From Nageia nagi (taxonomy: Eukaryota; Plantae; Pinophyta), in NCBI GenBank assembly GCA_050084985.1, contig JBITNC010000001.1:146196001-146260000 (forward strand): DNA of 64,000 nt, in the 5' to 3' direction. The notes under the pieces are model-generated. The model had not been told where the DNA came from, searched no databases, and saw nothing but the letters and a program-made list of their open reading frames with translations. The translations under genes were made by a program, and so were the position numbers. Of the stretch, positions 41,501 to 54,477 are shown piece after piece; the stretch's first letter is position 1; every line of letters starts with the position of its first letter.

Positions 41501-43577
41501 TACATATACCATATTACAATAGTCATGTATTTTATCCAATTTTCTCCATCCATGTTGTACATACTCTATTTTCCTTTCTCTTTATTATTATAAGAAAAAC
41601 TTTATCTTAATATGTTCCTTTGATATAAGATACTCATTCCACAACTCTTGTAATTGCTATTGGATGAAATAAACTCTCCATACACATCTCTGGTAGTTAA
41701 AAATATATGTAACTTTCAAATCCATATTTTAAATTCATTACAATATGATAGTAATGATTTTTGAGTTACATAACAACTCCTAAATATACATATCCATTCC
41801 TTCGATAGTAATTCAATGCTAGTAATGGTTAATAAATAATGTTACATACACCAGTACACTACATGTAATTTCTATACCCTATCCATGAGGTTTGAATCTC
41901 CTTTATGCTTCCTAACACTATTCCTTTCCTACTAGTAGCTGATATCTCATTCATGTTACTATTTAGGCCCCTCATATGCTTTTTGGTATAAGATCTAGTA
42001 TTAAATCTTCGATCTAGTATTTAAACTTCTTTACTTGTAATTTTGCTTATTGTTCATTCTTGCTTCTTAATTATCAACACTAAATTAATCCCTCAACCTT
42101 TATTTCAATGAATAAAACCCTCTTTCACATATCCATGCTTCACATAGATTGGAATTAGCATTATTATGCCTTATCTTATATCACTTATATCATCCTAATA
42201 TCATATACTGATTGCGTATTTGTGTTTTTGCTTCATTAGTACCTTCAATTTTATTCTCAATATAATCTCACCTTATGTATCGAATTCAAATTATATTTGG
42301 TAACCATATCATTGCTTATATTATCCATCAAATCCTTTTCCCTTTCTTGCTTATTGATCCTTAACTTGTTCATGAAAGAGCCCTTTGACCTTAATTACTG
42401 ATCTTAGTGTATATTTTCATATCTTCATTTTGATGATGTCACATAGATTGGAATTAGTGTTATTATGCCTTATCATCTATCACTTATATCATCCTAATAT
42501 CATCTATAGATCATTCCTTTGTATTTTTGCTTCATAAGTACCTTAAATTTTCTTCTCAACACAATCTCACCTCAGGTACCAGATTCAAAATATATTTGGT
42601 AATCAACTTCTTACTTATATTATCCATTAGATCCTTTTTCCTTTTCTTTCTTGTTGATCCTTAACTCATTCATCAAAGAGCCCTTTGATATTAATTACTA
42701 ATCTTAGTGTATATTTTCATATCTTCATTTTATTGATGTCACATATCAATAACTCCTTAGATATATTTTCCTTATTGGTACTTAACTTCATCCTTATGGA
42801 GCCTTTTGAAATACATCACTAGATTTAGAGTATTTTAAGAAACCTTTTAATTGATGACATGACTCTCTAGGAGCCTTCACTTTATCCTATTGTTTTAGTA
42901 CTTAACTTTTTCATCTTTTTAACCCTTTCATCTAAGGTGTGAAACTTAATATTAATTAAATAAGTATCTCTTCACTAACATCACATGCTAGATTTTGTAT
43001 ATTCTTAACTATCATCGCACCACCGGAACATGTACAATTTTTGTATGAATCTCTTTACTAGTTCTCAAGGATTCCTCCTTTGGATCCTTTCGTTCTCTCT
43101 ATCAAACTTGGTGTATTTTCATCAAACATCAAAATGTTGATGTCACCTACCAAACACCTTTCTATTCTTGATGTTTATTGATCTTGAAGTCTATGACTCC
43201 TTTAGTTTTTTTATCAAGATGATAAACATACTATTTGATCAAGATCATAAACATCATCCACCAATATCCTATTCCTTTATCTTCCTTTAATGGTACTTTA
43301 ACGACTCATTGTGCTAGCCTTCCATCCTCACTACTTGACTTAGTGTAAATTAGGCCACTATCACCATGATGATATCATTATCTAGAATTACTCCATTTGA
43401 CTTAGTTTAGCCATTAACTTCATGATTTTTTGGAACACCATTGTTCTACTATTATCATCATTCAAAATTAATTCATTTTCTCTATTCAACTAAGAATATA
43501 TACCATCTCAACACCTAACATGCTTCTTACTATGTTGACACTATGCTAACAAAATTGAAAATCTCTCTATATTAAGA
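35505..43577 (-). mobile_element. Decayed Ty1/copia element 3 with ~2.6-kb 5' LTR and truncated 3' LTR (SIRE-like)
   Basis: 5' LTR ~40945-43577 and decayed PBS TTGTATCAAAGA (~40931-40942). Gag reads MLTREG...TNYAFY (~40878), zinc knuckle CFKYHNNGHIVKFC, integrase ~37700-38400, RT YVHD (~36735-36746), RNase H to ~35820. Several PPT-like tracts at 35580-35775. Only ~75 bp of the 3' LTR remain (35505-35579, matching ~43505-43577). Confidence 0.85.
42141..42745 (+). repeat. 300-bp tandem duplication inside the copia-3 LTR
   Basis: CACATAGATTGGAATTAG at 42141 and 42441; AAAGAGCCCTTTGA at ~42375 and ~42675. Single-copy in the 29.4-31.4 kb LTR. Confidence 0.85.
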
Positions 43578-43757
43578 TTTTCTCCCTAATTCTCAATAAC
43601 ATCTTGTTAATGGGCATCTTGAAGATGATTTATTTTTGATAATTAGGTAATATTATTTATCCTTTTTAACTTATATAAAAAATTGAATGCATACTATCTA
43701 TCTTCAAGATGTAGTGTACAATGAAGAAAACTTTTTATTATAAGAAATACTTGATTT

Positions 43758-44000
43758 TAAGATCCTAGTGTGTGACCTTAACCACTACCTCAGGGTTTTT
43801 GTGTAATGGTTCATTACATTTGGTATAAAAGCCTACACCATGGGTTCTCATCATGGAGTAAAAGGTGAGAGTCTAGAGTCTCATACATGCTAGCAACCCT
43901 ACTAGATTCTAGGTTATGAAGCATGGTGGGATGTTAAGATCCTTATGTGTGACCTTAAGCACTACCTCAAGGGTTTTGGTATAGTCATTCATTATAGTTG
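43758..44000 (+). repeat. ~65-bp direct repeat at ~177-bp spacing
   Basis: TAAGATCCT..TGTGTGACCTTAA.CACTACCTCA at ~43758 and ~43935. Confidence 0.7.
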
Positions 44001-44049
44001 AAAGGTTTATCCTTGAATGATTGCTGTAATTTAATGGTAGTGAATTCAA

Positions 44050-45400
44050 CTTGGATAATTTTTAAAAAGTTGGGGTATTTCCTATGCCTTTTAAGGTTTC
44101 CCTACTTCTAGCTTTGATAGTATACAATTAGAAAGTGGAATATAAACTAACTTATTAGTCATTTAAAAAACTTTCCCTGCCTAAGAAATCTTAGCTATGC
44201 TCTAAAATTTTATTTATTATGTATGTGTATTGCTCATCTTGCTAGGTTCCCTCCAAATCCTTCTATAAGAAGCTTGAGAATCTTATAAAAGATTTTTTCA
44301 AGATCGATGATGCTATTAAAAAAGGATTCTAAGAGTTTCTTAGAAGGTGTGTTTTCCTTCAAAAATCCTATAGAGGCATGACATATTTTTATTGTAAAAG
44401 GTAAGGATTTTCTTTAAGTGAAAAATATATCATTTGTACATTAACAGGTGATGAAGATTAGAAAGTTCTTCATCAAACATGACCACTCTCATTATTTTCC
44501 TTAGGGTAAGAGATTATGAAAAGTTCTTAGCTTGCAAGCTATCCTTACTACTCCTATTGTAATTAATATTTTTGGCTCTTCTATTAGCAATAATATTTAG
44601 AAAACATGTGAGGCTTTCAAATGATGGTTTTTCAAGAAAAGAAAAAGATACTCAAGTAGGAGTTTCCATTTCTTCTATTAATATTTGGTAGTCCATTGCT
44701 ATACTTTACAACAGCTTATCTCTTTCTTAGGTTAAATGGATAAGAGACATTAAAATAATTAATTGCTTATATTCTTAACTTCTATTTCATGCATACTCGA
44801 TATCAAATCCCATGGGAACTCTTTTAAAAAAAAATTAGTCTTAAAGGAGAAGATAAATATACTTCTGACATGGTTATTGGGAAAACTCTTTTTGTATTTG
44901 GAATAAAATATACAAGCAATTTTAGAGATAATGGTGGGTGGAATAAATTTTGCCTAAGGATGTACCCTTTTTATAGTAAAAAGGTAATGTGGGATATAGT
45001 TTACTTTCTTTTCATATTCTCATATCTTCTACTCTGAATGAGAAGTAAGATTTAGTTTTTCTCCTTCCATGTGGAGTATTCAATTTAAAATGGTTTGGGA
45101 ATCCTATATTGAACAAAAAAAATCTTTTTTTCTTCATGTTAAATTAATTGAGTATTACATTTCAGGTGCAACCTCAAACACTTGGGGGACATTAAAAATA
45201 TTACCTATTATTTTAGTGGCTAAGATGATGATTCAATGAATTTCTTTGCAATTGCAAGCATTTCCCACTTCCTTGGAAATAACTTCTTTCTTTCTTTTGA
45301 CATTTTATGTTGAGCACTTTCACTTGGTCATATGCTATTATGGGAAACCCCATTGAATTTTTTTTAAAGAGTGATTTTTGTATGGAGCAAATTTCTAATC
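44050..45400 (+). mobile_element. L1-type LINE ORF2 remnant
   Basis: Shares ATGTGTATT..TCATCTTGCTAGGTTCCCTCC with the minus-strand LINE at ~56920-56950. Trp-rich post-RT motifs. Confidence 0.55.
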
Positions 45401-46244
45401 AAAACCCTTTTTCATCTTCAAAAATATATGCAACAAATCAATTTTGTCTCATCAAGAACCTTGAGTTTCATTTTCTTTTGTTGATAAATATAGTATTTTT
45501 ACGATTGTTGGTTGCAAATCTTTATACAATTGGAGAAAGTCAATATAGAGATACAACACTTACAGAGTTTGATGGACCATTGGGGGAATGATTCATGCAA
45601 TATAGGTTAAATTCCTCCTAGTTCCGCATCCACAAACCACTCTAGCTCACACTTTGAGTAACGTTGAGGCTTTAAACCTTATCCTCTATATTCTTTTACA
45701 AATAGAAAATAGTCATAGCCCCCTCTCTAATGTAAATGCCTAGAAATAGATGGAAGGAGCTCCTTATGTCACATCAGTGGTTAGGATGTGCATTCAAAAA
45801 AATTGAAATATTTTATCGAGTGGGGAAAGGCTACTACAACCACCACTATCCATTGGGAAACTAACGATACAAATGCCCATAATGATCTTGGACAGAATGC
45901 CACTTAGTTTCCTTGAATAGTGGATGATACTTTGTTTGTGGGAAGGATAATTTCCAGCTGAATCCCCCACGTTTCACCAATCTTCAATATTATAATGGAT
46001 ATTTTATTACATTACCTACTTTGAACATGTATTTTAATTTTATTGATATCATGTTTGTTTAATATTGTGTTATGAATTTCTTAAGATTATTTATTAATGT
46101 GATCTTGAGTTATACTAATCCCACCTAACTCTTTTTATATCAATGAGTTTTTTATTAAAAAAATAACTATTTTTATGTCAGAATTACGAACTTAATGCTT
46201 TCAAATGAATAGTGTTACTAACTCGTTTGACACTTTGAGAACCT

Positions 46245-46560
46245 GTTATAGAATGTAACAGTCAATATCTCTTAATTTGGGATTTTATTATTCGCTGCGT
46301 AATCACGAAGAAAATTGCGAGACAGAGATTTATTCGGTGAACATATTCTACGTAATCACGATAGTTTCCTTGAGAAGAAGAATCTATGCGATAACACTTC
46401 TTATCAATTACTTATGATTTCATTATTCGTTGCGTAATCAGCAAGTAGACTATAGAATACTAACTTGAACATTTTCAATAATCAATGTGAATTTATTCGT
46501 TGACGATATTGTTTGCGATTCCACCTCCGATCACGACATCAAATGTTTAATATAATCTAC
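46245..46560 (+). promoter_or_regulatory. Third (inverted) copy of the upstream module
   Basis: Reverse-complement homolog of 3885-4190. CpG-dense, with TATTCG(T/C/G)TG four times and CGTAATCA three times. Confidence 0.55.
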
Positions 46561-46583
46561 ATGAAAATCCTCCGAATTCTTCA

Positions 46584-47150
46584 TTCCGTATGACTAGGGG
46601 TCACTGTGATGCTAAGCTTCAAATTAGTCTCCAAGGGCCCTCCAGACGAATCCATGGCCTCTTTATCTTTTTCGTATACTTATGAGAGCAGAATCGACGA
46701 TGCTGATGGCGAACAATCTTGGTCTCAGGGAGACTACTTTTATCGATTCTCCGAGAAAGGATATGATCTTCTTCCCATTTCAAGCTGTCAAAAGAAAGGA
46801 GAAGTAACCATTTACTGTTTGTCCTTTACTCATTCAATTAACGATTTGTTTGCCTGCAAAACCGAGCTGCTAATAATGGGTTCAGAATGGAAAACCGTTA
46901 TGATTTTACACAGTCCATAGATTCTTTTGCTGTTTTCGACATACACGATGGATATGGGCGTGCAATTAATTATGTCACCAAAAAATTCTACACATTCGGA
47001 AGGTGCATCATGCATAAGGAAAGCTCAAATCTGAGGGCTTTTAATTGTAAGCCTTCGCCTCTTCTTTCTCAGGTTGCATTCACCACTACCTCTGCCTCAG
47101 GTCCAACTCCCCACATTCATATGAAGAGAGATTTGCATCGCATAACGTGA
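46584..47150 (+). pseudogene. Internally deleted paralog of the F-box-associated-like gene (copy C)
   Basis: ORFs 46606-46920 and 46887-47150 match copy A (FSYTYE...EQSWSQGD.FYRFS..GYDLLPISSCQK.GEVTIYCL; DSFAVFDI...NYVTK...LRAFN.KP). It lacks the intron, the start and several internal segments. Confidence 0.85.
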
Positions 47151-48180
47151 GATCATTTGTAGCTCTTAAATCTGTTGAAGGGATGGAATTTTTATATTGC
47201 AAGTGCTAAGGATCTGCACTCAATCCTAAGTAGATTGTTAAAGCTATTGAAAGGTAGAAGATGAAAATTCCGTATGTGGTAGTTTATTTCTATATATTTC
47301 TCTTCAAGGAAAACGGAATGGCTGAGTGTGTACTTTTCTTGTTTTTTTTGGCCTATTTTGCCTATCAAGACCCTCTGTTTTTTTTTAAATAAAAGTACTT
47401 TCTAGGCTTATTAAATGTGTTTATTATTAGTATTCTAAAGACTATTCGTTGGGATAAATTCAAGGCTAATTCTAGTTTTATGTAATTATATTAGAAATAT
47501 GACAACTATTAAATAAAATTTATTTTTTTATATAACTTAAAATATTATATTTTTTCTTAAAAGGATTGACGGAAGAATAGACAATAAGGCTATGATACAT
47601 TAATGTTTAGTTAAAAAAACTTATGATGAGATACTCTTTAGTTAATCATATGATTACCCCACTACAATTTATATTTCATCTTCAATTTCGACTACGAATT
47701 CAGCCTGCTTTGTACTTTCCCTAGACCACTACTGACCTCCTCCGATGAACGTTAATATATTTTCTTTTTTTTTTTCTTCACTTTCTTCTTATTCACTAAT
47801 GATTGTTAAAATTAATATGAAATTAATTAATTTTCACTCTAAATCTATTTGGTCTAAAAGATTTCCGACTATTTGGGCTTATCTCAAGCATTATATAATG
47901 TTTTTTTCTTAGGGATTACCTATAACTATTGCACATTCCTTGGTATATTAAATACTCTATGTCTTTTCTATGAGACTCAAGATATTAAACAACCTTTTTG
48001 GAGTTGTGGTAGATGTCAAGATATTTAGTGGTGTATATTGTCCATCTTTGAATGATATCTTCACAGTTGGTTCATACAAACATCTAAATTTATTTCTTAG
48101 TTATCTAAAAATTATATTTTTGTATATGATATAAATAAATGATTTATAATTTCTAATAGTATAATTTAATTTTATATATA

Positions 48181-48296
48181 TTTCTTGAATATTACAACAT
48201 AAAACAATTACTAATGAAAGATAACCAATATATATCAGCTCATATATATTGGTTATCTTTCATTAGTCATTATTTTATGTTGTAATATTCAAGGAA
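48181..48296. repeat. 116-bp near-perfect palindrome (foldback hairpin)
   Basis: 56-nt arms with 4 mismatches around a central AGCT. Degenerate outer arms extend ~30 nt further. Confidence 0.92.
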
Positions 48297-48807
48297 TATT
48301 AATAAAGCTCAAATTGCTAAAAAATATACATATCTCTAAAAGGAGTAACACTTGACATACCTATCATGATTAGGATTTTCATATGCATTAAATTTGGATT
48401 AATATTTGATATGGTTTATATAATACTTATTGTTAATTTGTTGAAATCTAATTATGATAATTTAATTCATTTATATGATTATTTTAATAAATTTAAGTAG
48501 GTATTATTACTTGAATAAGATTAATTTTTAGTATCCAAAAATTGGTGAACTCATATTAGTTTTTATAAAAATATTAGTTTTTTTAAGAATTGACTTTCTA
48601 TAGAGTTATTCTTTAGGAATCCTATATTTTTCTTGACATTTTATTGTATTAAATTTTAACAAAATTAGAAGATTTTATTATTTGGAAATTATTAGAAAAG
48701 TAAGGATTTTTTTTAATATTTCTTTTATAGAAACCTATATTTTAAAGGTCATTTTATTAAATTTGATGTGATCTTGCATTTAAAAATTTAATCTAATTTT
48801 ATTGTAT

Positions 48808-48965
48808 AGCTATGGGTTGAGTTGGTTACATGTGGACCTTGTTGTGTCTTGAATCCCATGTTCAATTCCCACCAGCCATGACATACATTGTAGTCCCATA
48901 CAATTGTCCCATAGACCACTCATATCCCTTGGATATTATATAACTTTATTTCTTTCTTTCTATCT
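48808..48965 (+). mobile_element. tRNA-derived SINE-like element (copy 2)
   Basis: GGGTTGAGTTGG (A-box-like) ... CCCATGTTCAATTCCCACC (B-box) and a TTTATTTCTTTCTTTC tail, homologous to 731-836. Confidence 0.55.
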
Positions 48966-50037
48966 TTTATTGCATATAATGTTATTTTATGTGAAATACA
49001 TTTGTAAATATTTCTATTTAGTTTTCAATATGATAATTTATATTTTATGATTTACAAATGAAACTTTATTTTATGTCATTATGTATTCTTATGTAATTTT
49101 TATATTATATATAGATGAATCCAAGTGGTTGGTATGCTAAAAATATCAAAAATTCAAATAATTAGTAATATCTTTAAGTTAGAATACATTTCATGTTAGT
49201 ATGATGATTTGGTGATATTGGAAAAAAAAATAAAAAATGATAAATAATAAAAAAGATATATTAGTGGTGACAAAAGAAAAAAACTAAATTTTGTTTATAT
49301 CAAAAGTAATATTCATAAATTCAATAAACAAATATAAGATAAACCTCTAGGTGAAATTTATTGATGATTGGGGAATAATCATATGTTAATGGGTGTTATC
49401 TTTTAAGAAATTTTTAGTATTAATGGTTTGAATGGATATATATTTATTAAACAAACCATATTTGAAATATATATCATCTCAAAACTCCCATTGGATCAGA
49501 AGTTATGGCCATTCTAAATTTTGGGCTTAAAAAGTATAAATTACATCTATTTTAGGCATAAATACATTATTTGTTCTCATTATATGATGAAGATATTTAT
49601 TTTTAAGTAAAGCTTATTATTTTTGCTTTAGGATTAAAATATAATCAAGCTTGTTGTAAGTTGATAATTTTTTAACAATTACTAGTTTGTAAGAATTCAA
49701 AAGTTAAAAGAATTCATAAGTTAGAAAAATAATAAGAGGGTGAAAGTATTGTTTAAATAATTCATATGTTACATCCTTTTAAAAAATTTATTTAAAGTAT
49801 TTGAATGTATTTTGATGATATTTTTTTTTATTATTTCAAAGAATTTGAAGTTATCTTTCGGTTAAGTATAAAATTATCAAAAAGATAATAAAGACTTACA
49901 AAAGTTAAAATTTTAGGATAAAACTTTGAAGAGAAATCAGGTATGCATGCTTGTTTCATCAGAGAAAATAAGTTATTTTGAAGAAGAAAAATATTCTTGA
50001 TAGGTATTGAAAATACCTATAGGGAGTATATTGTATC

Positions 50038-50115
50038 ACTCTTAGTAGGATTTGAACATGGGACTTTATGTGAAATAGGATCACAACATGACCAACTCAA
50101 GCAACAAACTATAGC
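50038..50115 (-). mobile_element. tRNA-derived SINE-like head (copy 3)
   Basis: ACTCTTAGT.GGATTTGAACATGGGAC...TGTGAAATAGG.TCA.AACATGA.CAACTCAA closely matches 761-825. Confidence 0.55.
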
Positions 50116-51619
50116 CTATAACTATATATAGGAAATTCATTGGGCTACTACTTATATTGAAGAATGGTGCGAAGTAAACTAAAAGAGACTAAGAAGAAAG
50201 ACTCCAATTATATAACACAAATGCAATATAATGGAAGAAACCTAGAAATCAATATTCTTCCCATTATTGAATTCAAACTAGCTTTTCAAAAGAATACAAT
50301 CCTTTATATAGCAACCAAAAATCAAAGAAAACCTAAAAAAGTATATTTTCTAAAAACTACTAAACATAGTAATTTTAAAAATATTTCATATTATGCCCAA
50401 ATTTGATGTATGGATACCCATTAGAATAGTGAACCTCACTTTAAAATATCAAGTTGTAACTTATTATCAAATAAAAAATAATAATTATAACATTCTTGAT
50501 ATTTATCCTACTATAATAAAAGTTTTCTTTCTAGTTCAAATATTTCTCCTAGAATATTCTTTTTTAAGCTCCTCATATCTTCCATGATGCCCAACTTCAA
50601 ATTAAAAATATTGGGTACATATTTATTTAACAAATTAAAGTGGTTTATACATATTTTATTCTACTAATGTACTATGCTTGCTAGTACTTGAAATATTTTG
50701 TTCTTTTATTAAAGATTATGTGTAAGCTACTTGGCCTTGATTATCCCCTATATATTTACTAAAGTACACTAATGATACGTAGACACATAATCCACAATGG
50801 AGATATCTATAACTCATTCCTAATGTTTTTATTAAATTATCTCTATTACTCATTCAATTGTTATAAAAAAATAAGTCTCTTATTTGATATACAATATATG
50901 GTTTCTTTTTATATGATTAACAATCATTTTGATAGTTGTAGTTGATGCTTATGATAAACTCAAACTCATGTTTTTCTTTTCACAATATTCACATTCATTA
51001 AAATATTACATAAGTTTATTTCCTCAATAAATATTTATCTTTTCATAAAGTTGAGAGCATTTATTTCTATCATTTTATTTATAAAAATAAAAATGTTTAG
51101 CATCCTATGTTATGAAAGTCCTATTCTTTAAATATATATAGATCTTTTCAAATATTTTTTTTATACCTTGAAATTCTTAAATCAATTTGTTATCTTATAG
51201 TATCTAAATATTACCATACATATTATGGTATTACATCACTAAATATTTGATAAATATTATTATTATTTTATTATGCTCTTTAAAGTAATGTTATATCATT
51301 CTTTTATTATTTTAAGAACAATATTTTTAAAATAATCAATACTTGTAAAAGCATTTCTTTCACACTACATATATAGATTAACCATACATTATGCAAATGA
51401 TGGAAAATAAAAAATTCATACCTTTTATTTATTTTTATTTAAAGTTTCAACTTTGGTAGTTTTGATTATTCTAATGCATTTTTTATATTAAAAATTGAGT
51501 CACACTGAGTTAGATATATGTATTTAAAAATTTAAAGTTTATATATGTATATATAGTAATTTTTGGATGTTTTAATAATAAAAAAATTTACCACTGAGAT
51601 GCATTCTCTTAATTCCATA

Positions 51620-51945
51620 TGGTGATGTCATCATCACTATGTTAATAGATAACATGTGTCAAATATCCTTAAGATGACATCCTGATCTACGTACCATCAT
51701 CATGATTAATGCTCTAAAGTGCTAAAGGTGATATCATTATATCCATATCACAAACTCTGATATATCATAACCAAGATACATGATTTGTAATCCCTAAGGT
51801 AATAACATTATTATTTAATCAACATTACTACATGTAACATCCAAAATATATGCTTTGACATTCTTTAGGTAATATCATTTTCATCAACACCTATCATATA
51901 TTACCTTTCGATATAAGATCCATGTTTCTAGAGCTAATATCATTA
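51620..51945 (+). repeat. Degenerate ~65-70-bp minisatellite
   Basis: AGGT(G/A)AT(A)(T/A)CATT-like core recurs at ~51622, ~51726, ~51797, ~51867 and ~51931. Confidence 0.45.
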
Positions 51946-54477
51946 ATTTTATATAATCATCTACCATATGTTCCTTCTCAAATACCTCATTAGGTTATTG
52001 TATTACCATCCTCTACAAACAATAACTTGATTTCATTCTTTCCTTAGATAGAACATAATTCTAAACCAAAATATTTTCTAAAATTCTTTAAGGGATTGGA
52101 AGAAATTTAGATAAATTTTTAGAATGTTATGAAGCCAAGTTAATGGCTACTTTAGATAAGCCTAAAAAATATTTGATCCAAATCAAGTCCTTATGGGATT
52201 TACCATATGTACTAAATAAAGCATCAAGTGTTTAGAAGTTAGAAAATATTTTAATATTTCATATTATGTAAATGAATAAATTTCACATATCTCAAATATG
52301 TGTAGTTATTACAATTTTTAGGAGTTAGTTTCAAGAATTTTCTATTCAATTTTGTAATATAGGGTAAAATGAGTGATGTTGATGTAACGTGAGATAGGAT
52401 GGAGCAAAGTGAATAATGGAGCATGATTGATCTATGAGAACCATACCTGTTATAGCAAGAATATTTCAATAAGATCATTTTGTAATTTATCTCTTCATTT
52501 AGTTATAGAATAAAGCTTCTTTTAGATCCATTATCATGTTACCAAAGTTTTGTGAATGTCTCCATTTTTGAAATGTTGATATATGGTGAATGTATTTGAT
52601 TGTATAATAATTTGTGATATTATTCCTATTTTTAGTTTGATCATATTACTTCATTTTGGTATCAGATCAAGAAGGATCCATTACTAAATTTAACAACCTA
52701 TGGATATTTATAGAAATTAGGAGATCTTTGTTGAGCTGATGAGATCTAGCTAAAGAGAAATTTGGTTACTTGTTGGGTTTAAAAATCCTATGTTTATTCC
52801 CAAAATAATACATGTAATGCATATGGACCATGGAGAGTTGTAAGCATTAGATTTTTTGTATAATGTGTATAGAGAGGATAAAGTTTCAGTTCAAATATTA
52901 TGGTAGTCAATACCTTGAAAAATCACATATGCACTAAGGAGAGAAGGCATATGAACTTGGCTATAGTTGAGGTAGAAAGTGTAGAAGAACCTTGCCATGA
53001 GAGTCAAATAAAAGTAGACCTAGAGTGACACAACCATGCTTAATTTGAGGTAGAAAAGAGGGCACTAAATATTTGATAAAACATGGTAAAAAAGGCCTAC
53101 GTATATTTGAACACCATGTATTAGAATTGAATGAGAATTGATCAATCATAGAAGTATTATTGGAGCCCATGATTCATAAAGGAGAATTGATCTGATTGGA
53201 AGAGCCTAAAACATCATGTATGCAAAGTCTTGAAGCATGGAGAAAGCACACATAGCATTTAATTGAATCTAATGATCACACACTATACACAAAATGAACA
53301 TTTTGAAGTTGCCCACAAATTATTTTTTGAGAAGCATAATGAAAATGCATTTTAATAGATTGTAATGATTGTAGGCTTTAAAGGTGCAAGAATTGCTTGA
53401 AAAAATACCACATCAATATGTAAAATATAGAAGGCATGAGAATTATTTGATAAAGTTTCTATCTACTATTATTTGCTACATTTTCTAAAATGAAGGATAT
53501 CATAGACTATCAGTACCTATCTTTGAAGATTGAATATTTTTTCAAGGAATATTATAGTTGTGAGTGCCTAATGGAATCACATTGAAGGTTGATGGTAAGG
53601 TAGGTAGACTCAATTATTGTAGTTGTGCACATAATGGACATAGGGCCTATGATTTTTTTGAAGTACCTTCTTGCCCTACATGGAGTGCCATAGAGGTGGA
53701 AGACATATGCTATGTGATGGAGGTATTAGTGCATAAGATGAGGATGCTAGGTAATGTAAATTGATATGGCTTGATTTTGACTATCATTTATTATTGATAA
53801 AATGGTTTTATAATAAATGTAGGGGGGCATCCATTAGAGCAATTATAAAAGATTTCAAATTGGATAATTTAGTTGTAAAAACTTGATAGAATTGTAAGCC
53901 AAGTTGGAGTGAGTAGAGGGTTATGTAAGATCCATAAGAGGGCTTGAGACTATTAAATAGATATAATTTGAGTAGTGAAAAGCTAAAGTTTGTAACTTAA
54001 ATTAGTATTCTTCAGTATGTAATATTAGAAAAGTGTTTGAGATGAAGTTCTTCATATTATTTTGGTAAAACATATTAGTGTATGCATGGTTCAATAAGGA
54101 TACTTTTAAATTCTTAATATGGCAAAGTAATTTTGGACCAAACCTAAAAGTATAATCTATATGTGTGTTACTTAGATGAAGCCATGTGAATCTAGTGGAT
54201 GATGGTTGTAAATATTATGATAGCTCAAGTGACTCATATTGTATTGCTATTGATACAAATCCTTATGCATGCATTATTGGCATTCTAAATTCGAGCTTGG
54301 CCTTTTGCTTAGTATAATATTATTTCATTTTCCAATAGATGCAACATTTTGAGAACTGCTTATTTTATAATTTTGTGATCAAAATTGGACCATTTCTAGG
54401 TTAGAAAACTTATAGGAATCTTGGAGTTGTTTACTTCCTAGTTGATTTACCAACTTATTTACAATTTATTTATCTCT

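Larger units (their letters stand above)
46245..48720. repeat. Old inverted segmental duplication of 1-4190
   Basis: Beyond the gene, 850-980 matches 47890-48025 and 1-340 matches 48390-48720 in reverse complement (e.g. ATAAACCATATCAAATAT / ATATTTGATATGGTTTAT; TGGATACTAAAAATT / AATTTTTAGTATCCA). Confidence 0.85.

Noticed and set aside
48810-48880. Functional tRNA gene
   Set aside because: A/B boxes are present, but no convincing cloverleaf or anticodon stem. The dispersed tailed copies fit a SINE.
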